From: a virus
Lineage: Duplodnaviria > Heunggongvirae > Uroviricota > Caudoviricetes
Virus record (IMG/VR): IMGVR_UViG_2839610755_000002
Length of the DNA: 64,000 nt
Reading direction: 5' to 3' (one strand)
How positions within the stretch are numbered: position 1 is the first letter of the stretch; each line of letters opens with the position of its first letter. Positions 1 through 12,618 of the stretch are shown here, piece after piece. The notes beneath the pieces are model-generated. The model saw nothing but the letters and a program-made list of their open reading frames with translations, was not told where the DNA came from and searched no databases. A program made the translations under genes and the position numbers.

Positions 1-2
1 TG

Positions 3-167
3 CGAGTAGAAACGTCCATCCACAAGTGGGCGCAGAAAGGGGAATGGGTGAATATGTGTAACCATCTCCCTGATTTCGTGAACAGTAACGGCGTGCCCCT
101 GCGAGGTTTAAAGATTCGCCGTGAAAAAGAACGCCAGCTTTGCCTGACGGGACTGGTCAATGAATAA
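3..167 (+). CDS. 3' end of a CDS that starts upstream of the window (possible endolysin Lyz C-terminus)
   Basis: Frame open from the window edge to TAA at about 165-167, translating ...NGVPLRGLKIRREKERQLCLTGLVNE. Position next to pro/prt matches the P1 lyz neighbourhood from memory. Not in the ORF track because it has no start. Confidence 0.3.
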   Translation, partial: RVETSIHKWAQKGEWVNMCNHLPDFVNSNGVPLRGLKIRREKERQLCLTGLVNE

Positions 168-195
168 ACTCCGGCAGCTCCGCCGACTTTCGACA

Positions 196-414
196 ATGAA
201 GTTATCGCTGGCGGCGATAGTTTTCGACTCGATTTTCATGGCGGTATATGTGCTCAATGAGACGTGGCCACTGGAACCGCTATTGTATGCCGGGCTTCGG
301 CTGTGCCTGACATTTTTGAGCATGGCTGCAAGATTGATGCAGCAGAAAGAAACCGCTTCAGATTGTCCACGCCGCGCGGTGCGCAAATATATGGCACGCA
401 GGCGAAGGCGATAA
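196..414 (+). CDS. small hydrophobic protein
   Basis: Part of track ORF 160..414. Internal start MKLSLAAIVFDSIFMAVYVL is hydrophobic; followed by a stem-loop terminator. Confidence 0.3.
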   Translation: MKLSLAAIVFDSIFMAVYVLNETWPLEPLLYAGLRLCLTFLSMAARLMQQKETASDCPRRAVRKYMARRRRR

Positions 415-423
415 TAGTTAACG

Positions 424-448
424 AGAACCCCGGCAGCCGCCGGGGTTA
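424..448 (+). terminator. intrinsic terminator (CCCCGGC-agc-GCCGGGG then TTATTTTT)
   Basis: GC-rich inverted repeat followed by a T-run, between convergent genes. Confidence 0.4.
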
Positions 449-458
449 TTTTTGGTGG

Positions 459-3189
<2,731 letters not shown>

Positions 3190-3255
3190 TTAATTAGAAT
3201 AATTCGCATCGTGTTTGAACGGAATTTAACACTAGTCACTTGTTAAGGATTACCA

Positions 3256-4119
3256 ATGAACAAGCTATCTATGGGGGTGTTTCGCTGTTCAAGTGTCAGC
3301 GAAATATTGAAATACATTAGGGCAATAACATCTCACCGGGCGCCGATTAAATACGGCGTGGAAAAGGTGGAAGGCAAAAGCTATGACCGACTGCGCCGGG
3401 AGGCGAATCAGAAGGCGATAGATTTGCTTAATTCGCTGGTGGACGGCGCGACACTGACAGATGAACAGCGCCAGATCCTGGCTGGGTACACCGGTGAAGG
3501 TGGCATTGGCGGGGCCGTCTCCGAATATTACACACCAAAGCCGATCGCTGAAGGCGTCTGGGAGATCATGAAGCTCTACGGCGCGGACGTAGGTAACACT
3601 CTGGAACCATCGGCGGGAACCGGCGTTTTTAATGAGACAAAACCGGTTGGTACGGTGATGACCGCGACTGAGATCAGCAGTGTTTCCGGTCGTATAAACC
3701 AGTTGTTACACCCGGAAGACAGCGTACAGATTTCCCCGTTCGAACAGCTGGCTATAAGCACGCCTAACGATTCATTCGACCATGTTGTGGGTAACGTTCC
3801 GTTCGGCGGTCGTGATAACACACGCAACATCGATAAGCCTTACGCAGAAGAAACGGACATGGGTTCTTACTTCATGCTCCGCATGCTGGACAAGATAAAG
3901 CCTGGCGGATTCATGTGTGTGATTGTGCCGCCGTCCATTGTTTCAGGTTCAAACATGAAGCGGTTACGCCTGCGCCTATCCCGTAAAGCTGAATTTCTTG
4001 GCGCTCACCGCTTGCCTACCGGTACTTTTGACGCAAACGGGACCAGTACGGTCGTTGATGTGGTGCTGATGCGTAAACATCCGGCAGAGATGGCTGAGAA
4101 AATCCCCCCTGGTGGATGA
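3256..4119 (+). CDS. darB: DarB N-terminal segment (N6-adenine methyltransferase domain), ends at a frameshift
   Basis: MTase motif I-like LEPSAGTGVF and motif IV-like VVGNVPFGG. The ORF stops at 4117-4119 just after a C6 tract while the next frame continues. Confidence 0.75.
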   Translation: MNKLSMGVFRCSSVSEILKYIRAITSHRAPIKYGVEKVEGKSYDRLRREANQKAIDLLNSLVDGATLTDEQRQILAGYTGEGGIGGAVSEYYTPKPIAEGVWEIMKLYGADVGNTLEPSAGTGVFNETKPVGTVMTATEISSVSGRINQLLHPEDSVQISPFEQLAISTPNDSFDHVVGNVPFGGRDNTRNIDKPYAEETDMGSYFMLRMLDKIKPGGFMCVIVPPSIVSGSNMKRLRLRLSRKAEFLGAHRLPTGTFDANGTSTVVDVVLMRKHPAEMAEKIPPGG

Positions 4120-7100
4120 AGGCACTCTTGAATCGGCAAATGTGCTTTGGCCAACGTTTATTTCTGGCAAGTGGTTCGAAAAGGACGGCCGCCGGTTTGT
4201 TCATGGCACCCAGGAGAAGGGTTTCCAGGGGCGTATTGAGGTTCGTGCCGACGGGCAGATTGATAACCTGGCTCTTAAAGCGAAGCTGATTCATCGTTTC
4301 GAAAGTCGTATCGACTGGTCTTTGCTCGATATGGCTGAACCGTCACCGACCGCAGATGTTGTTGATGAAGGGGAAATGCGCCTGATTAATGGCGTATGGC
4401 AAAAATATGCTGGTGGTCGCTGGATTGAAGCTGATGCCGGGAAGGAGCTGAAGATTGATGTTGCCAGTTATGGCGCGGATAGCTGGGAGGCTCTTCAGCG
4501 TAACCTGACTACCACAGAAGGTCGTCTCGGCATGACATTTACCCAGATGGCAAATGTCCGCGATAAGTACACCACATCAATCAGCGACGATATGGTGCAG
4601 CTGGTGGACTGGATTAACAGCCAGCCTGAAAAATACCGTGAACGCTTGTATCGCGGGGCGATGATTGGCCGGATGTTAATTGAATATCAGGATATGAAGG
4701 CCGCCGGGCATAGTGCTGAACAAATCGAACAGCAGCGCCTTTCTCTGGTATCCCGTTTGCAGGCAGAGATTGACCGCTTTGGTAATCCTGGTCGCGGTCC
4801 TATAGCGAAATTGTCGGGGAGCGGTGCGCGCGCCTGGTTTGCTTTCCGTGGTGCGATTAAGCTGGATGGCACTATTTCTGACGAGCTGACAGGAAAGCTG
4901 GTTACGCATGATTCCAGCGCCAGTTATGACTCCACCAGCTATCAGGACATCCTGCGTTATCTCTATAGCGATCTTACCCGCGATCCAATCCAGCTCGATG
5001 ATTTCCGCCTTGCGTTTACCGGCGAACTGCCAGCCAGTGATAAAGAGTTGCTTAATTTATTGGCCAGCACCCCTGGTATTGCGGTTTCACCGTATGGCGG
5101 GATTGTTCCGTTCGCCCGCGCCACCAGCGGCGACATTAACGAGATAGTGGCTCCAAAACAGGAATTCCTCGCCACGCTCCCCGACGGTCCAGTAAAGAAC
5201 AACGTCCTTAATCAGCTGGCAGCGATCGAAGAGAAGCGCATCAAGACGCCAGCAGAGAATATCCGCTTTAAGCTCAATAGCCGTTGGTTCGACCGTTCCG
5301 TCATTCTGGAATTTTTGCAGGAAAACGGCTATCCGGATCTGCGCTATGTGCAGTCAGTGCAGCTGGAAGGCGACGAAATGGTTTCTGACACCTATCACGG
5401 TGGTGATGGTCTGTTCGTCGGACACCGATACGGTGTCGTCCAGCGCAAGGATAAAGAAACAGGCGAGATCCGCTACGAGTGGGACCGTAAATCAGGTGAA
5501 AACGCGACCGGGTTCCCGGCACAGCTGGAAAAGTATCTCAATGGTGCGCGTATCGGTGGCAAAGATAGCGCGACGGCGAACGGCTACCGCGAGCAGATGG
5601 CACTGCTTGAGGACCAGTTCAATAAGTGGCTCAAGACGCACGATCGCTACGATGAGCTGGTTGCCAAATACAACGATGTGTTCAATAGCAATATCCCGTA
5701 TGAACACTCTGGCGATCCGCTTGGGTTGAAGGGATTAAGCGGTAAGCGCCAGCCATTTGATTACCAGAATAGCGAGGTGCGCCGACTGTCCGAAGATGGG
5801 CGCGGCATCCTGGGCTTCGGCACCGGGCTGGGTAAAACGACGACCGCGCTGGCGCTTGAGGCGTTCAACTATGAGAACGGTCGCTCCACCCGTACTGCTT
5901 ATGTAGTGCCTAAAGCAGTGCTGGAAAACTGGTATTACGAAGCAAAAGAGTTCCTGAGTGAAGAGGCATTCAGTAACTACCTGTTCGTCGGTCTTGATGT
6001 GCTGATGGATGGCGATCAGATTCGCCAGGTGCCGGTGCTCGATGAGAACGGTAAACCTGTTCTTGGTACTGATGGCACTCCAGTTATGCGCGATGCTCTT
6101 AAGCTGGCAGATGAAGCCACTATCACGGCGCGGATGAACGCGATCCCGCACTCAAATTACCGTGCAGTCGTGTTTACCAAAGAACAATACGCCCGCATTC
6201 CGCTACGTGATGACACCGTAGATGAGCATGCACAAGACATGCTTTATGACTTCGTTGCTGCCGGGCGTGTGGCCAGCGCAATGGACTCCGATTCCCATCG
6301 CAAAGAGGCGGCGCGTCGCCGGGTATTGTCGGAGTATTCAGATACCGGTACCGAAAAAGCAGAGAAGTATCCGTACTTTGAGGATATGGGCTTCGACAGC
6401 GTGATTGCTGACGAAGGCCACAACTACCGCAATAGCTATAAAAATGGTCGCGAAGCGTCACAACTGGCCTATCTGCCCACCAGCGCGGTGGCGCAATCGG
6501 CGCGGGATATGGCAATCAAAAACGCGTACCTGATGAAAAAGAATGGTGGGCGCGGACCGGTTCTCCTGACTGCAACGCCAGTAGTTAACACCCCGATCGA
6601 TGCATACAACATGCTTTCTCATGTGCTGCCGAAGGAATACTGGCAGAAGATGGGGATCTACGGTCCTGATGACTTCGTTAAATTCTTCGGCAAGACCAGG
6701 CTGGAAACGGTACAGAAAATCAGCGGCGAAGTTGAAGAAAAAATGGCGCTGGTGGGTTTTGAAAACCTTGATGCGCTGCGCGGCATATTCCATCGCTGGA
6801 CAACGCTTAAAACGGCGGAAGACGTTAAGGATACCGTGGAGATCCCGGAACTGGACGAACACCAGCAGGATGCACCACTTACTGAAGAACAACTGGCGGC
6901 GTATGAAGAATTGCGTCAGCAGGCGGAAGCGGCAGCCAAAGCCAACAATGGCGTAACGACCTCGGTCAATGAAGACGGCGTGATTGAGCACGAGAAAGCC
7001 CGTCCGATCTTCTCAATAATCAGGGATATGGACCGCGTATGTACTGACATGGACCTGTACTATCGCCGGATCACCTATCGTTTCCTGCCGGAGTATGCCG

Positions 7101-10024
7101 ATGCGGTGCAGCAGCTGGCGGACAGTTTGCCTAAACAAGCCACCAGCGAAGACGACGACAGTGATGATTCAATCACGCAGCAATCGCAATACTCCCTGAT
7201 AGATAAGGGCGAGTTTATTCAGTTGCAGGTTCCGGAAGCGTTCGAGCAGGAAGTGAATAAGCGCCTGGCCAGGTTTGGCATTGACGAACAGACCGTAACT
7301 CACCCCGTTACGCCCAAATACGCGAAGCTGATTGCCACGCTGAAGGAGTTTTTCCCGGAAGGTAAGCAAATCATCTTCACCGATGAAAAAACGCAGCACC
7401 AGAAGCTCAAGCGCATTATCTGCAATGCTCTTAACCTTGAACCTTCAAAGGTGGGGATCCTGAATGCTCAGACGGTTGCCGAGGCAGGTAAAACCGGTCA
7501 GAAACTGAAAGCTGTTAAACCGCCGAAAGAGCTACCGGATGAACCAACAGATGCGCAGATAGCGAAATACAACGAGCAAATGGCTCGGTATGACGCCTAT
7601 ATCGCGCAGCAAAATGAAATGTCGTTGGGCGGTCTGGAAAAGATTGCAGCCGACTTCCAGGAGGGCCGGACTCCGATCATCATCTGCAACAAAAAGGCAG
7701 AGGTGGGTATCAACCTGCATCGAGGAACGACGGATATCCACCACCTGACGTTGCCGTGGACTCCAGCCAGCATCGCACAACGTAACGGTCGCGGTGCACG
7801 AGTTGGCTCCAACCGTGCAAGCGTTCGCGTTCACTACTACTGCGGCAAGGGGTCTTTCGATGAATACCGACTGAAGACGCTGAAGCGTAAAGCAGGCTGG
7901 ATCTCCGATATCCTCCGTTCAGATAAGTCAGAAATGGAGAACGCCGACGCCAATGACATGATCGAAATGCAGATGTATACCGCGAAGGATGACGGCGAAC
8001 GTCTGGCAATGATGCAGGTTCAAATGGATAAGGCGAAAGCTGCGAAACGCGCTCGCCAGAAAGAACAGGCTACTATCGACCTTCAGAACTACATCAAGGC
8101 GCAGCACGCAGCTGGTGAGGATGTGGAGGTACTTACCGCTGAATTGGAGCGAAGCAAAGCGGAACTTGAAAAGACCACCGCCGACGTCGCCAAATTCAAA
8201 CAGGCGGTAATGGCCAAAGCAGCTGATAACGCAGACTGGAAAGCCCGCTGGGGTAGCGTCCATCACACAGACCGTATGTTGTTAGCACAGTATCGCGCGT
8301 CGTTGAAAAGCGCCATTCAGCGCAAGGCTAATATCTCTCAGGCCATCTCCCGCTATGAGAAATTATTGAACCGTACTCAGAAGGCCGCGACGGATATCAA
8401 ACGCCTGCGCCCGCTGGTGGAGGATGCAATAAATAAAGGCATTCTGGATGTTGATCCTGATCTGGTTAACCATGCGAATGAGTTCCTTGTTATCGGCGAT
8501 CGCTCATGGCGTGTAGGCCAATACTATGATTGTGCCGGTGATATCGTTCGCATTAAGTCGCTGGACTTCGACAGCCAGCGCGCAGACGTGGAGATCATCT
8601 TTACCTTCAAAGGTACCAAATCGGGTAACTGGGATGTGAAGACGCTGGATAAACAGGTTGATGTAACTCCCGATGAAGATGCTGTTATGCAGAAAATCAG
8701 TGGTGGCGTCTCCATCGCCGGGATTAACGACATCATTTCCTGTGACGATTTCTACCGTTTCCAGCAGCGCGGCATGATCAAAATCACTGACTCATACGGC
8801 GTTCAGACTACAGAGTCAGGCTATAGCATTGATTTTGTTGGTACCTATACGTACCCACTGAAGCATGCGGTTTACCCGGATCGCCGTGACGGCGCGCTGA
8901 AGTCGTCAATTGCAAAATGGGTGCTTGGTATGATGTCGGAAGGGAATAACCGCCAGATCCGTTCGGCAGAAACATTCCTGGTTGAACTGTTTGGCTCCAA
9001 TTATGGCGATGTAATCGCGTCATACGGAGATACGCTATCCCCTGAAGCAATTCAGGAGAAAATAGCGGATGCGATCGCCAGAATGCCGGAAAAAACAAAC
9101 CAGGGGGCTACTCGTAACGGGGATTCTGAACTTGAGGTCACCAATGCTATTTTCGGTACCAATGAGTTCCGGGCGTCAGATTATGAGATCACCACAGCAC
9201 AGTTTGGCACCATTGGCATTTACAGCAATAAAGACGAGATCAAGCAGGCAATGGACGCAGCAAGCGCGCGCATTGCAGCAGAACGGAAAGCCAATCTGAA
9301 TCATGCAGTCGCCGCGCTGACTCAATCGTGGGTAACAGCAATCAGGGAGGCCGCCACCACAGGAAAAATCACACCGGCAATTGCGGATGTCGTAAACGAC
9401 GGCTCTAAATTTATGGATGCCTATAAAATGGATGCGATGAAGTTGCCATCAGCCTATGGTCAACTCAGCTATCGCATGACCTACAACCTGGTATCAATGT
9501 TTTCCGACCTTGCCATCCTTGGGCTGGTGGATCTTAACGAGGTTACGCCGGACTTGCTCAGCATGCGCAAGAATCATGTGGAGATATTGCAGAGAATTAA
9601 CACGGTTCTTGCCGGGCGCACCGATGAAGAGAAACAGGCCGACGCTGATCGGATAAACCTGGCCCTTGGCAACATCACGGAGGAAGAAATTGCCGCCAGA
9701 AACGAGAAACAAGAAGAGTTATCATCAATACAGGGTGATGCCACCAGCATAGCTCAGTCTCTTGGTCTGAATTATCGCGTATCCACTGCCGACCTGAAGA
9801 TGATGTACGCACCAAAATTCGCCGCTGGAGAGGTATTTGGGCTTCAGGAGGCGTCCGGCATGAAAGGCGTTCTTTTCCGTGCTAAAGACGCAATCAAGGA
9901 AAAATTCGGCGCTCGCTGGCTGCCAGCGAAGGCGAAGAACAGCGATTTCCCGGGTAACTGGTGGATTATCGAGACAAAACACAACGTGGCGGACGTTCTG
10001 GCCGTCATCCAACAATACGCATAA
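4112..10024 (+). CDS. darB: DarB C-terminal segment (helicase-like large protein)
   Basis: 1970-aa ORF overlapping the previous one by 8 nt in another frame. 287+1970 aa is about the recalled 2255-aa P1 DarB. Walker-like GFGTGLGKTT and DEGHN motifs. Confidence 0.75.
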   Translation: MDEGTLESANVLWPTFISGKWFEKDGRRFVHGTQEKGFQGRIEVRADGQIDNLALKAKLIHRFESRIDWSLLDMAEPSPTADVVDEGEMRLINGVWQKYAGGRWIEADAGKELKIDVASYGADSWEALQRNLTTTEGRLGMTFTQMANVRDKYTTSISDDMVQLVDWINSQPEKYRERLYRGAMIGRMLIEYQDMKAAGHSAEQIEQQRLSLVSRLQAEIDRFGNPGRGPIAKLSGSGARAWFAFRGAIKLDGTISDELTGKLVTHDSSASYDSTSYQDILRYLYSDLTRDPIQLDDFRLAFTGELPASDKELLNLLASTPGIAVSPYGGIVPFARATSGDINEIVAPKQEFLATLPDGPVKNNVLNQLAAIEEKRIKTPAENIRFKLNSRWFDRSVILEFLQENGYPDLRYVQSVQLEGDEMVSDTYHGGDGLFVGHRYGVVQRKDKETGEIRYEWDRKSGENATGFPAQLEKYLNGARIGGKDSATANGYREQMALLEDQFNKWLKTHDRYDELVAKYNDVFNSNIPYEHSGDPLGLKGLSGKRQPFDYQNSEVRRLSEDGRGILGFGTGLGKTTTALALEAFNYENGRSTRTAYVVPKAVLENWYYEAKEFLSEEAFSNYLFVGLDVLMDGDQIRQVPVLDENGKPVLGTDGTPVMRDALKLADEATITARMNAIPHSNYRAVVFTKEQYARIPLRDDTVDEHAQDMLYDFVAAGRVASAMDSDSHRKEAARRRVLSEYSDTGTEKAEKYPYFEDMGFDSVIADEGHNYRNSYKNGREASQLAYLPTSAVAQSARDMAIKNAYLMKKNGGRGPVLLTATPVVNTPIDAYNMLSHVLPKEYWQKMGIYGPDDFVKFFGKTRLETVQKISGEVEEKMALVGFENLDALRGIFHRWTTLKTAEDVKDTVEIPELDEHQQDAPLTEEQLAAYEELRQQAEAAAKANNGVTTSVNEDGVIEHEKARPIFSIIRDMDRVCTDMDLYYRRITYRFLPEYADAVQQLADSLPKQATSEDDDSDDSITQQSQYSLIDKGEFIQLQVPEAFEQEVNKRLARFGIDEQTVTHPVTPKYAKLIATLKEFFPEGKQIIFTDEKTQHQKLKRIICNALNLEPSKVGILNAQTVAEAGKTGQKLKAVKPPKELPDEPTDAQIAKYNEQMARYDAYIAQQNEMSLGGLEKIAADFQEGRTPIIICNKKAEVGINLHRGTTDIHHLTLPWTPASIAQRNGRGARVGSNRASVRVHYYCGKGSFDEYRLKTLKRKAGWISDILRSDKSEMENADANDMIEMQMYTAKDDGERLAMMQVQMDKAKAAKRARQKEQATIDLQNYIKAQHAAGEDVEVLTAELERSKAELEKTTADVAKFKQAVMAKAADNADWKARWGSVHHTDRMLLAQYRASLKSAIQRKANISQAISRYEKLLNRTQKAATDIKRLRPLVEDAINKGILDVDPDLVNHANEFLVIGDRSWRVGQYYDCAGDIVRIKSLDFDSQRADVEIIFTFKGTKSGNWDVKTLDKQVDVTPDEDAVMQKISGGVSIAGINDIISCDDFYRFQQRGMIKITDSYGVQTTESGYSIDFVGTYTYPLKHAVYPDRRDGALKSSIAKWVLGMMSEGNNRQIRSAETFLVELFGSNYGDVIASYGDTLSPEAIQEKIADAIARMPEKTNQGATRNGDSELEVTNAIFGTNEFRASDYEITTAQFGTIGIYSNKDEIKQAMDAASARIAAERKANLNHAVAALTQSWVTAIREAATTGKITPAIADVVNDGSKFMDAYKMDAMKLPSAYGQLSYRMTYNLVSMFSDLAILGLVDLNEVTPDLLSMRKNHVEILQRINTVLAGRTDEEKQADADRINLALGNITEEEIAARNEKQEELSSIQGDATSIAQSLGLNYRVSTADLKMMYAPKFAAGEVFGLQEASGMKGVLFRAKDAIKEKFGARWLPAKAKNSDFPGNWWIIETKHNVADVLAVIQQYA

Positions 10025-10057
10025 CAGGAGCGCCCGGTTCGCCGGGCGTCGCATAAT

Positions 10058-10498
10058 ATGGCCACACTATCTGATACAATAAAACCGAATAAAACATATC
10101 TTGAGGCGGTACTCCGTACAGCGTTGTTAGGAAAGACAGAAGACGAATACGTTGATTTCTTCCTGTCAGGGCTACGCGGGCGATTACTGAAAAATCCCCG
10201 CCTGTACCGCAGCTATGGCCCATACTGGCCGGAAATTAAAAAATTATTACTGGAGCGCGGTTATGGTAATTTGGGTCGTCTCGTTGACCGTGACGTTCGC
10301 AAAATTTACCGTTATGACCGCCCGGCGCTGACGCTCATAGCTGCGACGCTCTACAGCCAGGAGCGTTTTGATAACGGTCAGATATACTCAGCCTGGCATT
10401 TATTGCCAGTGCCTGAAGAAGTTGACGACCAGGACTATGAGTTTGAGTCTTACGATTTGGAAGTTGAAGCCTTAGCACAGGCTGGAGAGAAAACTTGA
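10058..10498 (+). CDS. Ulx-like hypothetical protein
   Basis: 146-aa ORF between darB and lxc, the position of P1 ulx (recalled). Confidence 0.45.
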   Translation: MATLSDTIKPNKTYLEAVLRTALLGKTEDEYVDFFLSGLRGRLLKNPRLYRSYGPYWPEIKKLLLERGYGNLGRLVDRDVRKIYRYDRPALTLIAATLYSQERFDNGQIYSAWHLLPVPEEVDDQDYEFESYDLEVEALAQAGEKT

Positions 10499-10743
10499 AA
10501 AAGCGATACTACACAGTAAAGCATGGGACGCTACGAGCATTACAAGAGTTTGCTGATAAGCATAACGTTGAGGTGCGCAGGGAAGGGGGAAGTAAAGCTC
10601 TGCGCATGTACCGTCCGGACGGGAAATGGCGTACGGTCGTCGATTTCAAAACTAACAGCGTTCCCCAGGGCGTCCGCGACCGGGCATTCGAAGAATGGGA
10701 GCAGATCATCATAGATAACGCATTGCTCCTGAATGCTGATTGA
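10495..10743 (+). CDS. lxc: Lxc-like small protein (C1 corepressor)
   Basis: 82-aa ORF overlapping the ulx stop by 4 nt; size and position as P1 lxc (recalled). Confidence 0.5.
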   Translation: MKKRYYTVKHGTLRALQEFADKHNVEVRREGGSKALRMYRPDGKWRTVVDFKTNSVPQGVRDRAFEEWEQIIIDNALLLNAD

Positions 10744-10804
10744 TTTCCTGTTAGGTCACTTTATTTTTTAGAGTGGCCTAAATTACTCTTAATGAGGATG
10801 TGAT

Positions 10805-11755
10805 ATGAATGTTTTTATTGATACAAATCTATATTTAGAATTTTACAGGATGGGTAGAGATAAACTAGATGAGCTGGATAAAGTATTTGCCTTACATCAA
10901 TATGGTCGTTTAAAACTTTGGTTACCAGAGCTTTTAGTGAATGAGTTCTGGAGAAATCGTTCTAAAGTTCTCTCTGAAACCATAAAGGAAATAACAAAAG
11001 ATTATAAGCCCGCGCTTCCCCAGATTTTTAGGCAACATGAAAAGCATTCACAATTTAATGATAAGGTTATAGAAGCAGGTAGGTTAAAGAATGAAATTAT
11101 TACAGATATCCAGAAATTGTTTAAAGAGGAGGCTTTGGCTGCCGATATTGTAATTAAAAGGATTTTTGATGCAGCATCTAAAATAGAGGCTGATGATGAA
11201 ACAATAGATAAGGGGAAACTTCGATTTGATCTTGGAAACCCGCCAGGCAAAAATAAATCATATGGTGACGCAGTTAATTGGGAATGTTTGCTAAAAGCGA
11301 TACCAGACGGTGAGGATATATATATCATAACTGAAGATGGTGATTATAAAAGTGCCTTTATAAAGGATGATATGAATGAATATTTGAAGCATGAGTGGAA
11401 AAAAAAGAAAAATTCAGAACCACATATCTATTCCCGCTTATCAGAGTTTATAGGCGAGCACTTTCCTCAAGCTAGTAACTTGGTGGAAATGGAAGTTAAT
11501 CTCACTATAGATGAATTACGACACTCTGGCAGTTTTGCTACAACACATCGAGTTGTAGCAAAATTATTAAAGCTCACTCACTTTACACAAGAGCAAATCC
11601 TAAAAATAATTGATATTTATTTTGAAAATGATCAGGTTGGTTACATCAAAGATGATGATGATGTGAAACTTCTTGCCAGAAGACTAATATCATTAGGTGA
11701 CGAGGATAAAGATCCTGAAGGGATGCTGGAGACATTCCGTGTATTTATTGATTAG
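10805..11755 (+). CDS. PIN-like nuclease-domain protein with uncharacterised C-terminal domain; candidate stand-alone defence/abortive-infection gene
   Basis: 316-aa ORF in a visibly AT-rich cassette. N-terminus MNVFIDTN plus GDAVNWE and IITEDGDY give a PIN-like acidic pattern. Sits where P1 has res/mod. Confidence 0.6.
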   Translation: MNVFIDTNLYLEFYRMGRDKLDELDKVFALHQYGRLKLWLPELLVNEFWRNRSKVLSETIKEITKDYKPALPQIFRQHEKHSQFNDKVIEAGRLKNEIITDIQKLFKEEALAADIVIKRIFDAASKIEADDETIDKGKLRFDLGNPPGKNKSYGDAVNWECLLKAIPDGEDIYIITEDGDYKSAFIKDDMNEYLKHEWKKKKNSEPHIYSRLSEFIGEHFPQASNLVEMEVNLTIDELRHSGSFATTHRVVAKLLKLTHFTQEQILKIIDIYFENDQVGYIKDDDDVKLLARRLISLGDEDKDPEGMLETFRVFID

Positions 11756-11761
11756 TATAAT

Positions 11762-11780
11762 GGGCGCATAGTTAGCGCCC
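11762..11780. terminator. stem-loop GGGCGC-atagtta-GCGCCC between convergent genes
   Basis: Perfect 6-bp GC stem directly after the PIN-like gene stop and the mat-like gene end. Confidence 0.4.
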
Positions 11781-11787
11781 AATAAGT

Positions 11788-12429
11788 TTAAAGATAATTA
11801 TCTTTACCAGTTAATGAACCTTTAGGCACTTTCCGCGCGGCAATTTCATGAGTAGCTTGAATTATATTCACTAGGGGACTTAGTAACGACGTATCCTGAT
11901 TGGCCTCAACTTCTCCAGCCATTGCCCTGATGTAGTCGGCGCTGGCAACGTTGTTGTATTCCGTCGCAAAGCAACATAGTAACGTCAGAACATGTTCTGT
12001 CGTTATTTCGCTCCAGTTGATGTTGAAAAATTCATCGCCTTTTTTATCGTGTTCGGAATCGAAGATGCTTTTGTGAAGGATGTATTTGCCGGATTCCTTG
12101 CGCGGTAACTTGATTGCTTTCTGGCGTTCCAGCTCCTTATAAATCTGCATTGCCTCAATTAGTACCGGCCTGCTGTTCATGAAGGGATCGCGCAACCTTA
12201 CACGCTGGCCAACTCGACCAGTAATAAAGCTGTTTTCCTCTTCCACCAGCACGATAAAACCCTTTTCCTCTTTTTCTCGCAATTCGCGCAGCAGCTGGAG
12301 TTCCATATCGCGGCGGCGTTCAGGGTAGCTGGTCCGCTCAGCCATTATCAGCTCGTTATTGATCCATGCAGCAGTCATTGACGCCGGTTTGCCGACGCTC
12401 ATCGAAACAACGCATATTTTCTTATCCAT
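11788..12429 (-). CDS. Mat-like protein (position of P1 mat)
   Basis: Track ORF 11788..12576; start moved to internal ATG (MDKKICVV) preceded by AGGGGG. Confidence 0.4.
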   Translation of the reverse strand: MDKKICVVSMSVGKPASMTAAWINNELIMAERTSYPERRRDMELQLLRELREKEEKGFIVLVEEENSFITGRVGQRVRLRDPFMNSRPVLIEAMQIYKELERQKAIKLPRKESGKYILHKSIFDSEHDKKGDEFFNINWSEITTEHVLTLLCCFATEYNNVASADYIRAMAGEVEANQDTSLLSPLVNIIQATHEIAARKVPKGSLTGKDNYL

Positions 12430-12618
12430 AGCGCCCCCTACAAAAAAGAAAAGCCACCAGCGGCGGCTTAGCAATACAACTGAAGGTAGCGCCCGGTACT
12501 CAGACTGTGCCGTCCATGGAATATTTGAAAAGGGATCCATCCGTACCGGGCGTGTGATGATTCTGACTGAAGTCACTTGTCAGTTGTCAATCATTTATCA
12601 TTAAAAATAATATATTTA

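Noticed and set aside
4676-9712. Numerous 60-180-aa ORFs on both strands inside the darB segment
   Set aside because: All are nested in the 1970-aa darB frame and have no independent signals; treated as antisense or shadow ORFs.
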